Shown in pieces: positions 11,009 through 23,066 of a stretch of DNA of 64,000 nucleotides; position 1 is the stretch's first letter, and each line of letters begins with the position of its first letter. The position numbers and the translations under genes are program-made. This DNA is from Massalongia carnosa (lineage: Eukaryota), in NCBI GenBank assembly GCA_965645245.1, contig OZ287081.1:1054001-1118000 (forward strand), read 5' to 3'. The notes below the pieces were generated by a model. The model was not told the DNA's origin and ran no database searches. It worked only from the letters and a program-made list of their open reading frames with translations.

Positions 11009-14000
11009 CCGGTACATGTAGTCAAATGATTGGTAAAGCAACCGAAAACTCCGAAAATTGGATTACAATTCAAAGGAAAAGTTCGAATCATAATTCGAAC
11101 AAAGTCAATCGATTTGATGCACTCAAGGCCAGACGACTCGTGATTTCACCGAAAAATCCTGACACTCAAATCGACTCTATGAAGTTGCGTGATCAAATTA
11201 ACACGCTATTAAAAAACGCAAATTTAAACATCATCGTCAATACTGTTGAAAAGTCCAAAACCGGTCAGAATATCGTTCTCACCAATAGCCCTGACAACAA
11301 TGCCGAAGAATTGTTGAAAAATAAATTTTCATGGGAACACATTTTCGAATCACAAAGAATTCGAAAAGACGAATCCTGGTTTGAAGTCATAGCACATGGA
11401 GTAAATATCTCGTTATTCGATAATAACATGCAATATTTGCAAACCGAAATCGAAAAATACAATTCGAATATGTAACTATGCGATTTACCAAGATGGCTTG
11501 CTCGGGATCGTCAAAACAAAGTCAAGTCGTCGGTAGTTTTGACTTTCAATAATCAAAATCAAGCGTCAAACGCGTTAAGAGGCGTGAATATCGCTGGTAG
11601 ATATTGTGACACGGAAATATTTGCTTCCGTTCGTCCAAACACGCAATGTATTAATTGTCAGAAATTTGGAAATTAGCATTATCAATGCAAAAGTCCGGCA
11701 AAATGCAATAAATGCGCACAAAGTCATGAAACGCATAATCATGAATGCACAACATGCAAGTCTAAAATCGCATGCGCACATGCAATTCTGAAATGCGTCA
11801 ATTGCAACAAAAATCATCAATCGAACGATATAGGTTGCGAAATGTTTATCTCGCTAAATCCTAGAAAATCGAATGATGAATTAATGCTTGGTTAATGGCG
11901 GGACAACATTCGTTGACAAATATCGAAAATACACAAAATGTCAAATTTATTCAACATAATTGTGCAAAGTCAACGAATGCAATGATTTCGAGTCTGGAAT
12001 ATGCAGTATTAAATCGTGTTGAAATTGTTTTATTTAAGGAACAATGAACTCGAGAACAAAAAACAATTTCCCATCCGTCATTCACATGTATTATGCCGAA
12101 AATAGCGACTTATCGGCCGAGAGTAGCTATATGCGTTACAAAATGCAATCCAAAATTACAATGCACGCCTAGAACGGATCTTATAAACGATACTGATCTG
12201 CAAATTATCGAAATTACAATTGATGAAGTTCGAAAATGCAGATCTTTAATCTTTACAATGAAAAAAGTCTAAACGATCGAGAAACATATACAATCGATCG
12301 ACATTTAGTTAAATATCAACCCATATCAACTGATCAATTTGTCATATGTGGAGATTTCAATGCACATCATCGCTGGTAGAATTCGAAGATTCAAAATGCA
12401 GTTCGATCAGAAAATCTAGTCAAATGGTTAAAATTAAACAAATGTAGTTTGATAAATACGCCTGATCTATATACATTTTTTGCTCATTAAGGAAACTCTT
12501 CATCTATTATTGATTTAACATTTGCAATTTCTAAAATCGAAAACGCAATTACAAATTGGTCAATCGATGAAAACGCTGTCACGGGTTCAGATCATGAAGT
12601 TATTTGATTTGAATTTATCGCGTCTTTCAAGAACTTGACGTCACACGCAACCGCATTATCGAATAAATACAACTGCACTAAAGCAGATTGGGATAAATTC
12701 GCGAAGTTTCTAGACGAAAATGCAATAAACCACGAGTCCCAAATTAAAAGTCTATTGAACAATTATCAATTTGATGAATCAGCGTTATATTTGCAAAACG
12801 TTATCAAAAACGCGGCTGAAATGTTTATTCCGAAGACAAAAATATGCAAAAAATCGAAAAATTAGTGGTCGCAAGATTTAACCGGACTTCGAAAAATCAT
12901 GTGTAGAAATCGTCGAGAATGGAAGAATAATCCGTCCTATTTTAGTCATCAAATATTTAGACATAGTCGAATCGAGTACTTTCATGCAATTCGAAAAGCG
13001 AAACAGCAAACTTGGTTGGCTTTCCTCGAAAACGCAGCGAATAAAGACGTATTTACAGCTTATAAATACACTAAACCGCGCATGTTCGAAAAAATACCAC
13101 CTATTCAATACGAAAATAAGTTAAATGTTCAATTCGATCACAAATGCGATGCGTTTGTGTCAGCAATGTACACAAAAAACCCGTTCACGGATGATAATAT
13201 TGAAGATTTAACGAATCAAGACAGCGAAAATGACAACAATTGGCCGAATTTAACCGAAAATGAATTGCAAAATGCGATTAGTTTGTTTAATCCAAAGAAA
13301 GCTTGTGGACCTGATGCAATCAATTTCACAATAATTCAAAAATCGTTTCAACCATTGAAAAACGTGTTTTTTACAATTTATTCTAAATTTATACAAATCG
13401 GTTATCACCCGTTATGTTGGTGAACAGGACTCGGTGCTGTTTTAAAAAAACCTAATAAACCAGACTACTCGCTGCCAAAATCATATCGAATTATTACCTT
13501 ACTGAATTGTCTTGGTAAAATTGCGGAGAAAATAGTTGCTAATCGACTAGCCTACCTCGGCGAAAATTCGAGCTTGTTAGATACCGAACAAATGGGCGGA
13601 CGCAAAAATCATTCTATTATCGATGCGGTAATGGACGTCGTTCATGATATCGAAATCGGAAACCGAAACAAAAACGTTTTATCATGTCTATTACTCGATT
13701 TCAAAGGAGCATTTGACTTTGTTTCGATTAATCAATTGCTAAATATCATGAAAAAGCTGCATTTATCTCGCATAGTTATTCAATGGGTCAAGCATTTTAT
13801 AACAAAACGATCGATCAATTTGATATTCGATGAACACAAAAGCAAAACGTACTATATCGAATCTGGAATTCCAAAAGGTTCACCAATTTCGCCAATTCTA
13901 TTTCTGATTTATATTCGTTACTTATTTCCGAAAATACGAATGAAATTCAATGCTCATTCACCTAGCTTTATAGACGATGTTGCAATATATGTCGAAAATA

Positions 14001-16140
14001 AAACTGCCACACAGAATTGCAAAGAAATCGAAATTATCGTCAAAACAGCTTTTGATTGGGCCGCAACGAACAATGTTAAATTTGATGACGACAAATCTGA
14101 CTTGATTCACTTCGAAAAGTCAAGAAATGCATCAAAAGACAAAGTGCAATTACCAAACGAGAAAATACTAGAACCGAAAAATTCTGTCAAATGGTTAGGA
14201 GTCTGCTTAGACCGAAAACTAAATTACAAAAAACACGTCGAAACGCGAATTGCTTCTGCAAATCGATCGTTTTTCGCAATTCAAAATTTGATGAAGTCTG
14301 AATGGGGACTAAAGCCAACTGCATGCAGACAGCTCTATTTGTCATTCATTATTCCTATTTCGGACTATGGCTCAGAAATCTGGTATAACGGTCAAAAGAA
14401 ATATGAAAAGCTATTTCAGAATCTGCAAAATCGAATGATTCGAAAGATTTTAGGCACATTCAAAACCACGCCTGTTCGGGCGATGGAAATTGAATCGCAT
14501 ATTTTACCAGCCAAGCTACGATTGTTGATGAAAAATCAAAAATACGCAATTCGATTATTGAAGATTGCCGAAAATAATCCTATTTGTCCAAGAATTCCAA
14601 GTACCTATTCGGTGAAATTTGAAAACATCGGTTTTGACACTAGTTTATGGAACAACAGATATGCTGAATGGAACGAAGACGAGAAAAAATCGAGTAAACC
14701 TCATCCTAGTCAGCTTATCCGTATTCTTCATTCCGTTTCGGATAGAGTTCACAAAACTGATGAATTCGAATCAGTAAATAATTTCATCAAACCATGGAAG
14801 CCGTCTTGTAAAATCAAGTTCCAAATCGAAAGATCAAAAGAAACAGCAAAGTCAAGTTATTATTCGACTTTTTATTAAAAATTCAATCAATAAACACCGA
14901 TAAATTGCAAATGTTACTCTATACCGATAGATCAAAAACCGAGTTTTTAACTTGCTGTCACATTTGCACCAATTACGCGAAATTGGAACAATTTGACCGA
15001 TAACTTCAATCGTTTTATCTAAAAAGATTGTCTCCTCAAATATCATACGATTTCGAAAAGCTGGAAATTAAACAAACAGTCAAGCGTTAAAAACGCTGAA
15101 CTGTTTGCGATACTACAAGCAATAAAATGGGCATACAAATTGACAATTGCGAATATTCTCTTCAATTTGGAAAAAATGATTTGGATTTTTTCCGATAGCA
15201 TAAACGCGATAAACGAAATTCAGAACTTGACAAATCATACTTACGCAAAACAAACTCGAAAATTCTCGAAATGCTTATTCGGAAACAATTATCAGTTGGT
15301 TCTACAATGGATTCTCAGTCATTCGAAAATCGTCCAAAATGAAATTGCAGATAAAGCAGCAAAAGCGGGACATAGTCGAATCCTAGTCGAGTCTTCGATA
15401 ATAACATTTGATTATGTAAAGGGTCAAATAAATCGAAATATGTTAGCCACATGGGCGAATCAATGGCAACAATGTAAGTCAAAAGGCAGATACTATGAGA
15501 AATTCGAAATGCAGCCGTGCAAATCGAGTTTTTATTATCTGTCGAATAATTGTTCGAAATTAATATTTGCGACTATTATGCAAATGAAATTCGGACACGG
15601 TTATTTTCGATCATATCTGCACCGATTGAAAGATTATAATTCTTCAAAATGCACAGGGCGCTGCAACGAACGTCAAACGCCAGAACACTTATTGATGAAT
15701 TGCATAAATTATTCAAATGAAATCCTAAACAAGAAACAAAATATCGATACCACAATTACTTTAAAAATGTTGTTTAATACTAGGATCGGAAATAATATTT
15801 TGATTAAATTTATTGTTGATAACAAAATCGCGACTAGAAAATGGATGCTAGGTCAGCTCGATGACGAAAATATCGAAGCGGGAGGTTGGGGAGAGATTGA
15901 ACAGTAAAATTAGAAATGATTTCTGCTGGAATATTCACGAGCTTTACAAAAACAAATTGTAAAATCGATATTTCGATTACTAAAGGTTGTTACTAACACG
16001 GAGTAAAAACGGGGCAATATTGACGATAGATAGTTGGGTTATAAATGGTTGATTTATTCATAAAATAAAACCATATCTTAAAATAGTTTATTGTCATAAC
16101 CTTAGGTTGAATACACTTAATGAATAAATAAATAAAAAAA
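11009..16140 (+). mobile_element. LINE-A, 5'-truncated within ORF1, degenerate; 3' part of the chimeric insert 9230-16140
   Basis: Match to ORF1 starts at CCGGTACATG (11009); ORF2 has several stops and frameshifts; A tail followed by TSD. Confidence 0.95.
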
Positions 16141-16898
16141 GCTCCTTTGACATCGAGTAATAGACATAATAAAACGTTTTTGTTTCGGTTTGCGATTTCG
16201 ATATCATGAACGACGTTTATTACCGCATCGATTGCAGAATGATTTTTGCGTCCGCCCATTTGTTCGGTATATAACAAGCTCAAATTTTCGCCGAGGTAGG
16301 CTAGTCGATTAGCAACAATTTTCTCCGCAATTTTACCAAGACAATTCAGTAAGGTAATAATTCGATATGATTTTGGCAGCGAGTAGTCTGGTTTATTAGG
16401 TTTTATTAAAACTGCACCGAGTCCTGTTCGCCAACATAACGGGTGATAACCGAATTGTATAAATTTAGAATAAATTGTAAAAAACACGTTTTTCAATGGT
16501 TAAAACGATTTTTGAATTATTGTGAAATTGAATGCATCAGGTCCACATGATTTCTTTGGATTAAACAAACTAATCGTATTTTGCAATTTCGTTTAAATTC
16601 GGCCGATTGTTGTCATTTTCGATGTCTTGATTCGTTAAATCTTCAATATTATCGTCCGTGAACGGGTTTTTTTTGTGTACATTGCTGACACAAACGCATC
16701 GCATTTGTGATCGAATTGAATATTTAACTTATTTTCATATTGAATAGGTGGTATTTTTTTCGAACATGCGAGGTTTAGTGTATTTATAAGCTGTAAATAC
16801 GTCTTTATTCGCTGCGTTTTCGAGGAAAGCCAACCAAGTTTTGCTGTTTCGCTTTTCGAATTGCATGAAAGTACTCGATTCGACTATGTCTAAATGTT
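16141..16898 (-). mobile_element. Continuation of the LINE-A minus copy (RT N-terminal region)
   Basis: Resumes exactly at the TSD; GYHPLCWR...LLDVKGA on the minus strand. Confidence 0.93.
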
Positions 16899-17725
16899 AA
16901 TCAGCAAAAAGCCAACCCCCAAAACATCGGTACCCTATATTTTGATATACTGAAACTTTCCCAACTTATTCTCCTCATTCTTCTCATTCATTTGAGCCTA
17001 CCAGAAGCTAAAACCTATCAGAATTGGGTACAGGAGAGCTCTCCCACTGCTCCTGCAGAGTTTTCCTCGCCGTCTGTCCGCCCCTTCACCAAAAAGCGCG
17101 TCCAAAAAATCTACAAAACACAAAAACACCAACAACAACATCAAAAATCGCTCGATTTTCGATAATTCTTCGGTTTAATTGTCGCATAAATCTCATCTAT
17201 TATCACAAAAATTATCTACAAAATATCATCACTGTCGCGTAACTGTACAACCTGTTCTCGAGACAACAAAACTTCTTGGTGTTCATTTGAAATTTAAGGT
17301 TACCGGTACCGTATACACCATTCCATTTTGGGTTTTTTCGATTTTCGTTGAACTGCCGACCAACAATCTGCTCAAACGAAGGGGAAAAACGTCTGAAATA
17401 GGGTTAAACCAAAGGCCCTGTTTCAGGCTAACCAGAATAGGAAGTCTCCTCTCTCTCATTGTACTTGATTTTTATTTCTGGATCAAAAACATTTTTAAAA
17501 AAAAAAAATTTTCTGTTCGATCGTAAAATTCTTATTATATTCCATATATCGTAGTGTCAAGGTAAACAGTTAAATAAGATCTATTGCCTAAGCGAGGAAC
17601 GGTCTATTTTAACTCGACTAGGATTTATTTGACTTGTTATTGTCAAATAAATAGGGTTTGGAAAGCAAGAGTCTTTAGACCAGTAAATCGGCGTAAAAAC
17701 ATCTCTATTCTGACTATTACGTCCA

Positions 17726-20700
17726 TGTAAGAACCACTATCCAGGGAAGACGAATAGTTTTTTATTTTTATTTATTCATTAAGTGTATTCAACCTAAGGT
17801 TATGACACTAAACTATTTTAGGATATGTTTCTATATTACAAATAAATCAACCCTTTATAACCCATCTATGTATTGTCAATTTTTCCCCATTTTTACTCCG
17901 TGTTAGTAACAACCTATAGTAATCGAAGAATATCGATTTTAAAATTTGTCTTTGTAAGTTCGTGAATGTATCAGCATAAATCGTTTCTGATTTTACTGTT
18001 CGATCTCTCCCCAACCTCCAGTTTCGAAAATCTCGTCATCAAGCTGACCTAGTATCCATTTTCTTGTCGCGATTTTGTTATTGACAATGAATTTAATCAA
18101 AATGTCATTTCCGATTTTTGTATTAAACAACATATTCAAGTTGATGGTAGTATCGATATTTTGTTTCATGATTTGAATTTCATCGAAATAGTGAATGCAA
18201 TTCAATAACAAGTGTTCTGGCGTTTGTCGTTGATTGCATCGATTTGTGCATTTTGACGAATTATAATCTTTCAATCGCTGTAAATAAGATCGAAAATAGC
18301 CGTGTCCGAATTTTAATTGCATAATAGTAGCAAATATCAATTTGGAACAGTTGTTTGATAAATAATAAAATCTCGATATGCCAGGTTTCATTTCGAATTT
18401 CTCGTAGTATTTGCCTTTTGATTTGCATTGTTGCCATTGATTCGTCCATGTGGTTAGCATATTTTGATTTATTTGATCTTTTACATAATCAAATGTTATC
18501 GCCGAGGACTCGACTAGGATTTGATTATGGCCCGTCTTTGCTATTTTGTCTGCAATTTCGTTTTCGGTAATATTTGAATGACTCGGAACCCATTGCAAAA
18601 TCACCTGAAAATTGCTTTCAAATAAGATTTTTGCGAGCTTTCGAATTTGTCTGGCGAAAATATGATTTGTCAAGTTCTGAATTTCGTTTATCGCGTTTAT
18701 ACTATCAGAAAAAATCCAAATCGTTTTTTCTAAGTTCGATAAAATATTAGTATTCGACAATTTATAGACCCATTTCATTGCTTGTAAAATCGCATGCAGT
18801 TCCGCATTTTTAATGCTTGACTTTTTGCTTAATTTCCAGCTTTTCGAAATCGTATGATACTTGATCAGACAATCTTTTTCGATAAATCGATTAAAATTAT
18901 TGATAATATTACTCCAATTCCTTATAATTGGCGCAAATGTGACTGCAGACGTTGCAAATTCGATTTTCGATCCATCTGTATAAAGTAAAACTCGGGATTT
19001 ATCGGAGTTCATTGATTTAATTTTGGATAAGGTCGAATAATAACTTGATTTAGCAGATTCCTTTGTATTTTCGATTTGAAATTTGATTTTGCAAGGCGAT
19101 TTCCAAGGTTTAATAAAATGATTTGATTGTTCAAATTCATCAGTTTTGTGAACTATATCGGAAACGGAATGAAGAACGCGAATAAGCTGACTAGGATGTC
19201 GTTTATTTGTTTGTTTTTCGTCTTCGTTCCATTCGGCATATTTGTTGTTCCATAAACTTGTGTCAAAACCGATATTTTCGAATTTTATCGAATATGTGTT
19301 TGGAATTCTTTGACAAATAGGGTTATTTTCGGCAATCTTCAATAATCGAATTGCGTATTTTTGATTTTTCATTAATAATCGAAGTTTAACTGGTAAAACA
19401 TGTGATTCAATTTCCATCGCCTGAACAGGTGTAGTTTTGAAAGTTCCTAAAATCTTTCGAATCATTCGATTTTGTAGGTTCTGAAATAGTTTTTCATATT
19501 TCTTTTGACCATTATACCAAATTTCTGAGCCGTAGTCCGAAATAGGAATAATGCATGACATATAGAGCTGTCTGCATGCGGTCGGTTTCAGACCCCATTC
19601 GGATTTCATCAAATTCTGAATTGCAAAAAACGATCGATTCGCAGAAGAGATCCGCGTTTCGACGTGTTTTTTGAAATTTAGTTTTCGGTCTAACCAGACG
19701 CCCAACCATTTGACTACATTTTTCGGTTCTAGTACTGTCCCGTTTGGTAATTCCAATGTGTCTTTCGATACATTTCTTGTCTTTTCGAAGTGAATCAGCT
19801 CGGATTTATCGTCATCAAATTTGACATTATTCGATGCGGCCCAATCAAAGTCCGTTTTGACTATGATTTCGATTTCTTTGCAATTCTGTTTTGCAGTTAT
19901 ATTTTCGATATATATTGCAACATCGTCAATAAAACTGGGAGAATGTGCATTGAATTTCATTCGTATTTTCGGAAACAAGTGACGAATGTAAATCAGAAAT
20001 AGATTAGGCGAGATTGGTGAGCCTTGTGGAATTCCTGATTCGACATAATATGTTTTGCTTAAATTTTCATCAAATATCAAATTGATCGATCGCTTTGTCA
20101 TGAAATGCTTGACCCATTGAATTATTATGCGAGATAATTTCAGCTTTTTCATAACATTTAGCAGTTGATTAATCGAGACAAAGTCAAATGCGCCTTTGAC
20201 ATCGAGTAATAAACATGATAAGACGTTTTTATTTCTATTTGCAATTTCAATATCATGAACAACGTTCATTACTGCGTCAATTGCAGAATGATTTTTGCGT
20301 CCGCCCATCTGTTCGATATCGAGTAAATTCGAATTTTCGCCGGAAGACGAATAGTAGTCAGCTACCTAAGAGACTAAGCATGAAGAAGAGAAATCTATCT
20401 ACAAAGAAGAATATGAAATCTATATGCCCGTTTTCCCTTCTTCTCGAAGTTTCCATCCGGCTCTAGAAGCTTATCTCCGAAACTTCGGTCGGAAAGAGCC
20501 GTTGGATTTAGCGCTCCCTGTAATACGGATGGCGCTAGAGGGATACGTGATCGCCTATGGCGGTTGCGGGATTAACTAGCGTGGACCATGCCGTAGTACG
20601 AAGTCGCATAAGCCGTCGAGGCTGACACACTGCTATCTTACCCCGAAACTCCGGAGTTATTGTTATCACGTTCTTGACTACTTACAGATCAAACACCTGT

Positions 20701-21570
20701 CGAGGCCGTGGTGGTAGATTGCCATGGAGTGTAAGGCGGACTCCTGTGGAGACGCCAAGGAACTCTATATGGGATCTACTGGCCTACTCGGAGCTACTGG
20801 ATCTCTTGATGGTTCAAGAGAGGTAGCAGGAGGCACGGCTCGCTGGACGCAGCTTGAGCTAGGCTCCCTTGTGTAAAATTCAGCTTCAACCTTTATTACT
20901 ACGTTGGTAGTGATGTCGGCTGAATGAACCTACATGACCTCGTTGTCTAGACCTTGTGTCTAGAGGCAGGTCCGCGGTGTAGCGAGGTATTCAGTCGGAG
21001 GTAACCTTCCATCACTAGGTAGTGGTGACGGCGAAATGAAGCTACATAGCCTGAGGCATGTAGTGAGGGATCTAGCCGGGGGTAGAATTGTTCTACCTTG
21101 CAAGGGAAGATCTAGAAAGCTGCTCGAGGCTGACTAGATAATCCAGCGAACGCCGAGTTCGTGGATGGATCATGAGGGATGGTTGGATGTAATGCGATAA
21201 AGTCGGATGTGGATTGCAAGGCTGTAATGCTCGCAAGACTCCCAAGGCTTGCAAGGCTCCTAAGGCTCCAAGGCTCCCAAGGCTATAGGCTTAGGGTGAG
21301 TAGGATAAATATCAGAACGAATCTTGTAGTATTCGTTAGCAATTAGTCTTTATTCTATGAACAACCTACGTTTGGGTCTCGGACGAGATCTCTTGGTCTA
21401 AGCACTTCCACATCCATTAGTTCTTTGGATCACATATACTCTCGGAGACTAGCACGTAGTAGCTATCTTCCTCCACTCACGCTGAGCATTTCCCCTTTCG
21501 AGATCAGTGTCGCTCGTGATTAGCTTACTGGTCTCGTAGCCCATTACACTCCCACAACCGAGTCCTGACA
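17726..21570. mobile_element. Long (~1.25 kb net) solo-LTR-like insertion, itself split by LINE-B
   Basis: TGTAAG...CTGACA termini; degenerate 5-bp TSD GTCCA/TTCCG (GTCCG in the uninterrupted LINE); internal (CAAGGCTCC)n-like repeat ~21228-21290; no ORF. Confidence 0.7.
17759..20341 (-). mobile_element. LINE subfamily B, 5'-truncated, open 771-aa RT-RNase H frame (17993-20308)
   Basis: 14-bp TSD GGAAGACGAATAGT (17745-17758, 20342-20355); protein diverged from A. Confidence 0.95.
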
Positions 21571-21650
21571 TTCCGGGGAACGTCAGAATAAACTATTTGG
21601 GGGCGATAAAGGGGATATAGCAAAGGCAACATCGATTTATTTATAAAATC

Positions 21651-23066
21651 ATGTTTAACGCGGTAATGAACCGTCGGAATATACCAAGGACACCACCCCC
21701 AGCCGGTCCCGCCCCCCTATCTTCCCCCTACCCGGCCCCCCCCCGACACTCCCCCGGACCATCTCCGGTGGCGTTGATAGGGAGCTCTCCCCGTCATGAA
21801 CCTATGGATCAAACTCGCGAATATGCATCAGCCCCGTCAACACCGACAACAAAGGCAACGAAATTCCCATCGGGTCCATTTTCCACTATCTTGCCGATGC
21901 CTTCATTGAACTTAAACATTGGATCAAGCCCATCAATCAAACGAAATAAAAGACGCACATTTGACGAACATTCGAGAGATAGCCAAGAAGCGATCAATCG
22001 GGCAAATTCAATTGAGCTTCTAAAGTCGGCCAAAATAGCATTATTGCAATCATTTGTACTAGACCAAAATCCACAAACGGCTATCGTAATTGACAACGTT
22101 ATTTCGTTGATTTCGAAAAAATCAATCAATTTACAAATATCCTTAGATATGATTAACTATAAAATGGGCATAGTACTTGATCAAACTAGTCATCTTTCCT
22201 CAAAAACGTCACAACAACAAACGACTCCACTACAGAACGGTCCAAAAATCCAAAAACCTGTTGTTAAATTGATTGAAAATTCAATTATCGAAAATCAAAC
22301 CATTCGCAAAGGAGCCACCGGGGTCTCTGGTAACAATGTTAGCACAACCGGTACATGGAGTCAAATGCTTGGAAAAGCAACCGAAAACTCCGAAAATTGG
22401 ACGACTATTCAAAGGAAAAGTTCAGTCCAAAACGGTCAGAATATCGTTCTCACCACTAGCCCTGACAACAATGCCGAAGAATTGTTGAAAAATAAATCTT
22501 CATGGGAACACATTTTCGAATCACAAAGAATTCGAAAAGACGAATCCTGGTTTAAAGTCATAGCACACGGAGTAAATATCTCGTTATTCGATAATAACAT
22601 GCAATATTTGCAAACCGAAATCGAAAAATACAATTCGAATATGCAACTATGCGATTTACCAAGATGGCTTGCTCGGGATCGTCAAAACAAAGTCACGTCG
22701 TCGGTAGTTTTGACTTTCAATAATCAAAATCAAGCGTCAAACGCGTTAAGAGGCGTGAATATCGCGGGTAGACATTGTGACTCGGAAATATTTGCTTCCG
22801 TTCGTCCAAACACGCAATGTATTAATTGTCAGAAATTTGGAAATAAGCATTATCAACGCAAAAGTCCGGCAAAATGCAATATATGCGCACAAAGTCATGA
22901 AACGCATGATCATGAATGCACAATATGCAAGTCTAAAATTGCATGCGCACATGCAATTCTGAAATGCGTCAATTGCAACAAAAATCATCAATCGAACGAT
23001 ATAGGTTGCGAAATGTTTATCTCGCTAAATCCTAGAAAATCGAATGATGAATTAATGCTTGGTTAA
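21651..23066 (+). CDS. LINE-A ORF1 (gag-like zinc-knuckle protein) with in-frame 56-aa internal loss
   Basis: 471-aa ORF colinear with the 527-aa ORF1 at 45317-46900. Confidence 0.85.
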   Translation: MFNAVMNRRNIPRTPPPAGPAPLSSPYPAPPRHSPGPSPVALIGSSPRHEPMDQTREYASAPSTPTTKATKFPSGPFSTILPMPSLNLNIGSSPSIKRNKRRTFDEHSRDSQEAINRANSIELLKSAKIALLQSFVLDQNPQTAIVIDNVISLISKKSINLQISLDMINYKMGIVLDQTSHLSSKTSQQQTTPLQNGPKIQKPVVKLIENSIIENQTIRKGATGVSGNNVSTTGTWSQMLGKATENSENWTTIQRKSSVQNGQNIVLTTSPDNNAEELLKNKSSWEHIFESQRIRKDESWFKVIAHGVNISLFDNNMQYLQTEIEKYNSNMQLCDLPRWLARDRQNKVTSSVVLTFNNQNQASNALRGVNIAGRHCDSEIFASVRPNTQCINCQKFGNKHYQRKSPAKCNICAQSHETHDHECTICKSKIACAHAILKCVNCNKNHQSNDIGCEMFISLNPRKSNDELMLG

